A stretch of DNA of 64,000 nucleotides. Source: Lingula anatina (Eukaryota > Animalia > Brachiopoda). The stretch's first letter is position 1. Each line of letters opens with the position of its first letter. Below the pieces are notes generated by a model. The model worked only from the letters and a program-made list of their open reading frames with translations. It made no database searches and was not told the DNA's origin. Of this stretch, positions 59,872 through 64,000 are shown piece by piece. A program made the translations under genes and the position numbers. The stretch covers positions 8,866,001 through 8,930,000 of the forward strand of contig CM120646.1 of assembly GCA_051362555.1 (NCBI GenBank), read 5' to 3'.

Positions 59872-60128
59872 CAGATTTGGAGGGGGTCTGGGGGTCCTGA
59901 CCCCCCCTTCGATTTCTGAAAAAGGTCACATGAATGGTCCCCTCCTGAAATTAGAATTTTGACTAGCTGAATCATAGATCTAAACCGTAGCAAATGGCAC
60001 TGTTTGCCCTCTGAAAAACTAAATTTTCGGGGGGCCTTCAGCGGGCCCTGAACCCCACGCGAAGGGGGGGGGGAGGGACGGCTTGGCATCCTCGGACCCC
60101 ACCTTCAAATAAGCCTGGATCCGCCCCT
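59872..60128. mobile_element. hAT-like MITE, same family as 1-253
   Basis: Shared body and GGATCCGCCCCT end. Confidence 0.6.
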
Positions 60129-60156
60129 AATATATATATTATATATATATATATAT

Positions 60157-60288
60157 TAATCCCGAAATTAAGTTATTTTGTATAGTTTACGTGTATGAGA
60201 GATCATACTTTGCACCGAAGATGAAAATGGAAACGATGGTAATGTACAACAACCCGATTTCGTCACCCATCAAAATTTGAGACGAAGG

Positions 60289-60291
<3 letters not shown>
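60157..60291. repeat. 135-bp dispersed repeat, copy 1 (copy 2 at 62597-62730)
   Basis: Near-identical AATCCCGAAATTAA...TTTGAGACGAAGGTAA; followed by (TA)n here and (TG)n at copy 2. Confidence 0.85.
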
Positions 60292-60348
<57 letters not shown>

Positions 60349-60577
60349 CATAGACATCAATAATTCAACATGGCACCGATCATCATGTGAGCACGCTTTC
60401 CGCTTAGAATATGCATCGTATTTTGCTTTATATTAATAAATAAAAAATGTAACATTGAGCAGATACAAAGATTAGGGAAGAAAACACTTAACTTCACTTA
60501 GCTCATTTATTTTTTCTCATTTAATATTCACGTGACCGGAATATTACGTAATCTCCACTATTTACGCTAAGTCCCTG

Positions 60578-62419
60578 TGTACCATGAAAATCTGACTCCC
60601 CTAAAATGTGACTCCCCAGTCAGATTTTCATAATGAAAATCTGACTCCCCAGTCAGATTTTCATTATGAAAATCTGACTCCCCCGTTGAAATGTTGACTC
60701 CCCCCCAAAAAAACATTCATTAATCTCATTTTATTTGAGTAAATGACTATGATTTTGTAGTATGCATAATGGATGATACATTGGCACTTTTTTGTAGTTT
60801 GCAGGTGAAAATTTTCATAAAAAAAAAGAAAAATTAAAAATGTGCACATAATGAAAATGTGGTTCCCCTATGAAAATTTGACTCCCCTACAAAAAAACAT
60901 TCATTAATCTCTAATTAATTTAGTATATGACTGTGATCTTGTAGTATGTAAAATGGTTGATACATTGGCACATTTTTTTGTAGTTTGCAGTGAGAATTTT
61001 AATGAACAAATAAGAAAATTAAAAATGAGCACATAATGAAAATCTGACTCCCCCATGAAAATTTGACTCCCCCTCCACAAAACTTCATAAAACTTATTTT
61101 ATTTTGAGTATATGTCTGTGATCTTGTATTATGTAAAATGATTGATACATTGGCACATTTTTTGTAGTTTGCAGTGAAAATTTTAATGAAAAAATGAGAA
61201 AATTAAAAATGTGCACATAATGAAAATGTAGTGTTTTGACATGGGAGTGCAAAACCTACAAGGATAAAGATGGATACTTGTTTTAAAAATATTGACCAAA
61301 ATTTTCATCATCAAACTTTCAAATAATGACAAAATATCCATCTCTATGCAAACTATGTGGAAAACAGTGGTATGGTGACTGAATATAAAATAGGTCCTTT
61401 TCTCAATGGGAGTCCAAATCTCATGGGTGTAAAAATAAAGATTTTCATGATTTCCTTTTCATGCTTTCACTATTTTATCGTCAAACCTTTAAATATTTCC
61501 AATATATTTTTCATAAAGTATCCTAAAAGAAAAGGTGTTGAAATGATCATCAAATATTAAATAACTTTTTCATAGGGGAGACAATAGGCGATTAAGTGGA
61601 CATTTTTAATTTTCTTATTTTTTCATGAAAATTTTCACCTGCAAATTACAAAAAAGCGCCAATGTATCCTCCATTTCACATACTACAAGATCACAGTCAC
61701 ATACTCAAAATAAAATAAGATTTATGAAGTTTTGTGGAGGGGCAGTCATATTTTCATGGGGGAGTCAGATTTTCATTATTTGCTCATTTTTAATTTTCTT
61801 ACTTTTTCACATAATTTTTCACCTGCAAACTACAAAAAATGTGCCAATCTATCCTCCTTTTCACATACTACAAGATCACAGTCATATACTCAAAATAAAA
61901 TAAGATTTATAAAGTTTTATGATGGGGGAGTCAAATTTTCATGGGGGAGTCAGATTTTCATTATGTGCACATTTTTATTTTTCTTATTTTTTCATTTGAG
62001 TTTTCACTGCAAACTACAAAAAATGTGCCAATGTATCCTCCATTTTACATACTACAAGATTACAGTCATATACCCAAAATAAAATAAGATTTATGAAGTT
62101 TTATGATGGGGGAGTCAAATTTTCACGGGGGAGTCAGATTTTCATTATGTGCACATTTTTATCTTTCTTATTTTTTCATTTGAATTTTCACTGCAAACTA
62201 CAAAAAAATGTGCCAATCTATCCTCCTTTTTACATACTACAAGATCACAGTCATATACTCAAATAAAATAAGATGTATGAAGTTTTGTGGAGGGGGAGTC
62301 AAATTATCATGGGGGGAGTCAGATTTTCATCATGAAAATCTGACTGGGGAGTCACATTTTCATAATGAAAATCTGACTGGGGAGTCACATTTTCATGGGA
62401 GTCAGATTTTCATGTTACA
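60578..62419. mobile_element. Foldback non-autonomous transposon with TGT...ACA ends and 4-bp TSD (Ginger-like)
   Basis: TGTACCATGAAAATCTGACTCCC / GGGAGTCAGATTTTCATGTTACA; CCTG on both flanks; arms made of inverted ~175-bp tandem units. Confidence 0.85.
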
Positions 62420-62730
62420 CCTGGGCCGAATCTGAATGGAGAAATGAAATTACACGCTAGCTGTGTTTTCGGTGTCTCGCGTGTCTGAAGGAAACGAAAC
62501 AGAATTGGGTCATAACATCTGTGATTGCACGCTCAGATGACAGGATTTCCTTATACATTGTTGTTTTATGAAAAGCAGAGTGTATTTCAGGTATTTAAAT
62601 CCCGAAATTAAACGATTTGTATAGTTCACGTGTATGAGAGATCATACTTTGTACCGAAGATGAAAATGGAAACGATGGTAATGCACAACAACCCGTTTTC
62701 GTCACCCATCAAAATTTGAGACGAAGGTAA

Positions 62731-62763
<33 letters not shown>

Positions 62764-63446
62764 TCTCTGGGATGACCAAAACATGCAGTCCTTTTAGGAG
62801 AGCTTTCTTTTCCATAATATACAGCTTCAAAACAGACTGGTATGTTTGTGTCCCAGTGTTTTGCGCTGTTTTCGTGTCATTTTAGGCGTAGAATTAAAAA
62901 AGTTTAAAATAAACAGCAATGTTTGAAAACATAAAATTGTTTGTTATTATAAGACGAATCCATCCCCTTTCACATGAAAGCACCCCCATTGTAATCCAAC
63001 ACTTATGAATATTTTGACAGACTTTCAAAGATGATCACCAACTAATCGTGTATCGTAGACGTGCAGATATGTATGTATGTACAGTATGTATATTTATTTA
63101 CATTTTTAACAGATGTTTATTTGTGTAGTTTTATTAATCACATAAGGGCCATTGGGGAGATAAAATTTTTATTTACCCTTGTTTTACCTTGAATTAAAAA
63201 GTTTAATAAATAACAATAATAAATATATACCAAATGTTGTTTCACAAATTTAACCGTTTGAGACTTAAGTGAAAGCATACTTTGAATATGTGGATTTTCC
63301 ATTTACGCATATGTATCTTCCAATGAGCTAAATGCGGGAAAACAGAGTTGTAGCTGGTCATAGTTTTTCATGTCTATTTTCAGACAAAATTTTGAGAAAC
63401 TACAATTGTTAATGAAGTACATATGAATGAGAATTTTGGCTAGATT

Positions 63447-63605
63447 TCATTTTCTCTTTTTGGCACCTTTTCTGCCATTTTTTGCACTTTTGGGGTTTTT
63501 AGCTGTGCTTGCACTGCGTTTCCTTGTCGAATTATCGCCGTTCTTATCGGCAAGGGGCCAGGCGTGACCTGGCATGTATTCTACCCTTTGGCCTTGGCAT
63601 TTAGA
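63447..63605 (-). CDS. Terminal exon of an uncharacterised convergent gene (SKCQGQRVEY...GRKGAKKRK*)
   Basis: Minus-strand acceptor cattctttttcag; 53 codons to TGA; in frame with exon 63856-63960; AATAAA downstream on the minus strand (~63130-63170). Confidence 0.8.
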   Translation of the reverse strand, partial: SKCQGQRVEYMPGHAWPLADKNGDNSTRKRSASTAKNPKSAKNGRKGAKKRK

Positions 63606-63855
63606 CTGAAAAAGAATGTTCCTGTTTTTAAAGGTTGTGAAATTGATTAAGTGATCTGAAAGAGAAGCAAAGCTTATAACTGACTAATGAAAATGTCACA
63701 CTTTGGGTCCAGTTCACATAACACCCAGGGAATATTTAACAGCAGTTCGGTTGGAAATAAATCCAAGGAAAATTCTCATTTATGCATTATGTAAGTTATG
63801 GCTTTTTAAATCTTTCTTTTCCCGTGATCATATTAGGGGGAAAAGATTAACATAC

Positions 63856-63960
63856 TTGAAAACATTGTCTACACTTCGTTGCTTCTTTCATCTCTCCGCT
63901 GAATTCACCTTTTAGGCACTCACGACAGTATCTTGTACCGCACCATTTGCACATGTAAGT
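63856..63960 (-). CDS. Internal Cys-rich exon of the same gene (TYMCKWCGTRYCRECLKGEFSGEMKEATKCRQCFQ)
   Basis: tttttcaatttccag acceptor, GTATGT donor; 105 nt, phase 0-0; three CxxC pairs. Confidence 0.85.
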
Positions 63961-64000
63961 CTGGAAATTGAAAAACAATTAATGTGATAGCAATGTTTAT

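Noticed and set aside
60528-60551. E-box, ETS and TTACGTAA cluster resembling a promoter
   Set aside because: Lies downstream of both convergent genes with no associated exon; short motifs alone are insufficient.
63916-63954. Plus-strand 39-nt exon with AG/GTAAGT
   Set aside because: Better explained as the antisense of the Cys-rich minus-strand exon.

Overview
AT-rich, repeat-dense metazoan (probably marine invertebrate) genomic DNA, not prokaryotic. The + strand carries most of a PPIG/NKTR-type SR-cyclophilin gene. I could chain 13 GT-AG exons by hand from 4393 to a stop at 56338; the first coding exons lie upstream of the window. Its introns are inflated by rolling-circle transposons of the Helentron/Helitron2 type, all in the sense orientation. 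The last intron (34730-56241) is almost entirely filled by a ~21.3 kb element whose ends match the non-autonomous copies in upstream introns. That element encodes an uninterrupted 2760-aa protein: repeats, Zn finger, OTU protease, HUH Rep, Pif1 helicase and APE endonuclease. It also carries a decayed LINE and orphan exon-like pieces. Other elements are DIRS retroelement remnants (one with terminal repeats and internal complementary region), several MITEs with target-site duplications, a Penelope 3' end with a hammerhead motif, and a Ginger-like foldback. The last two exons of an unannotated convergent Cys-rich gene lie on the - strand at the right edge. All calls come from reading by eye; no database searches were run.
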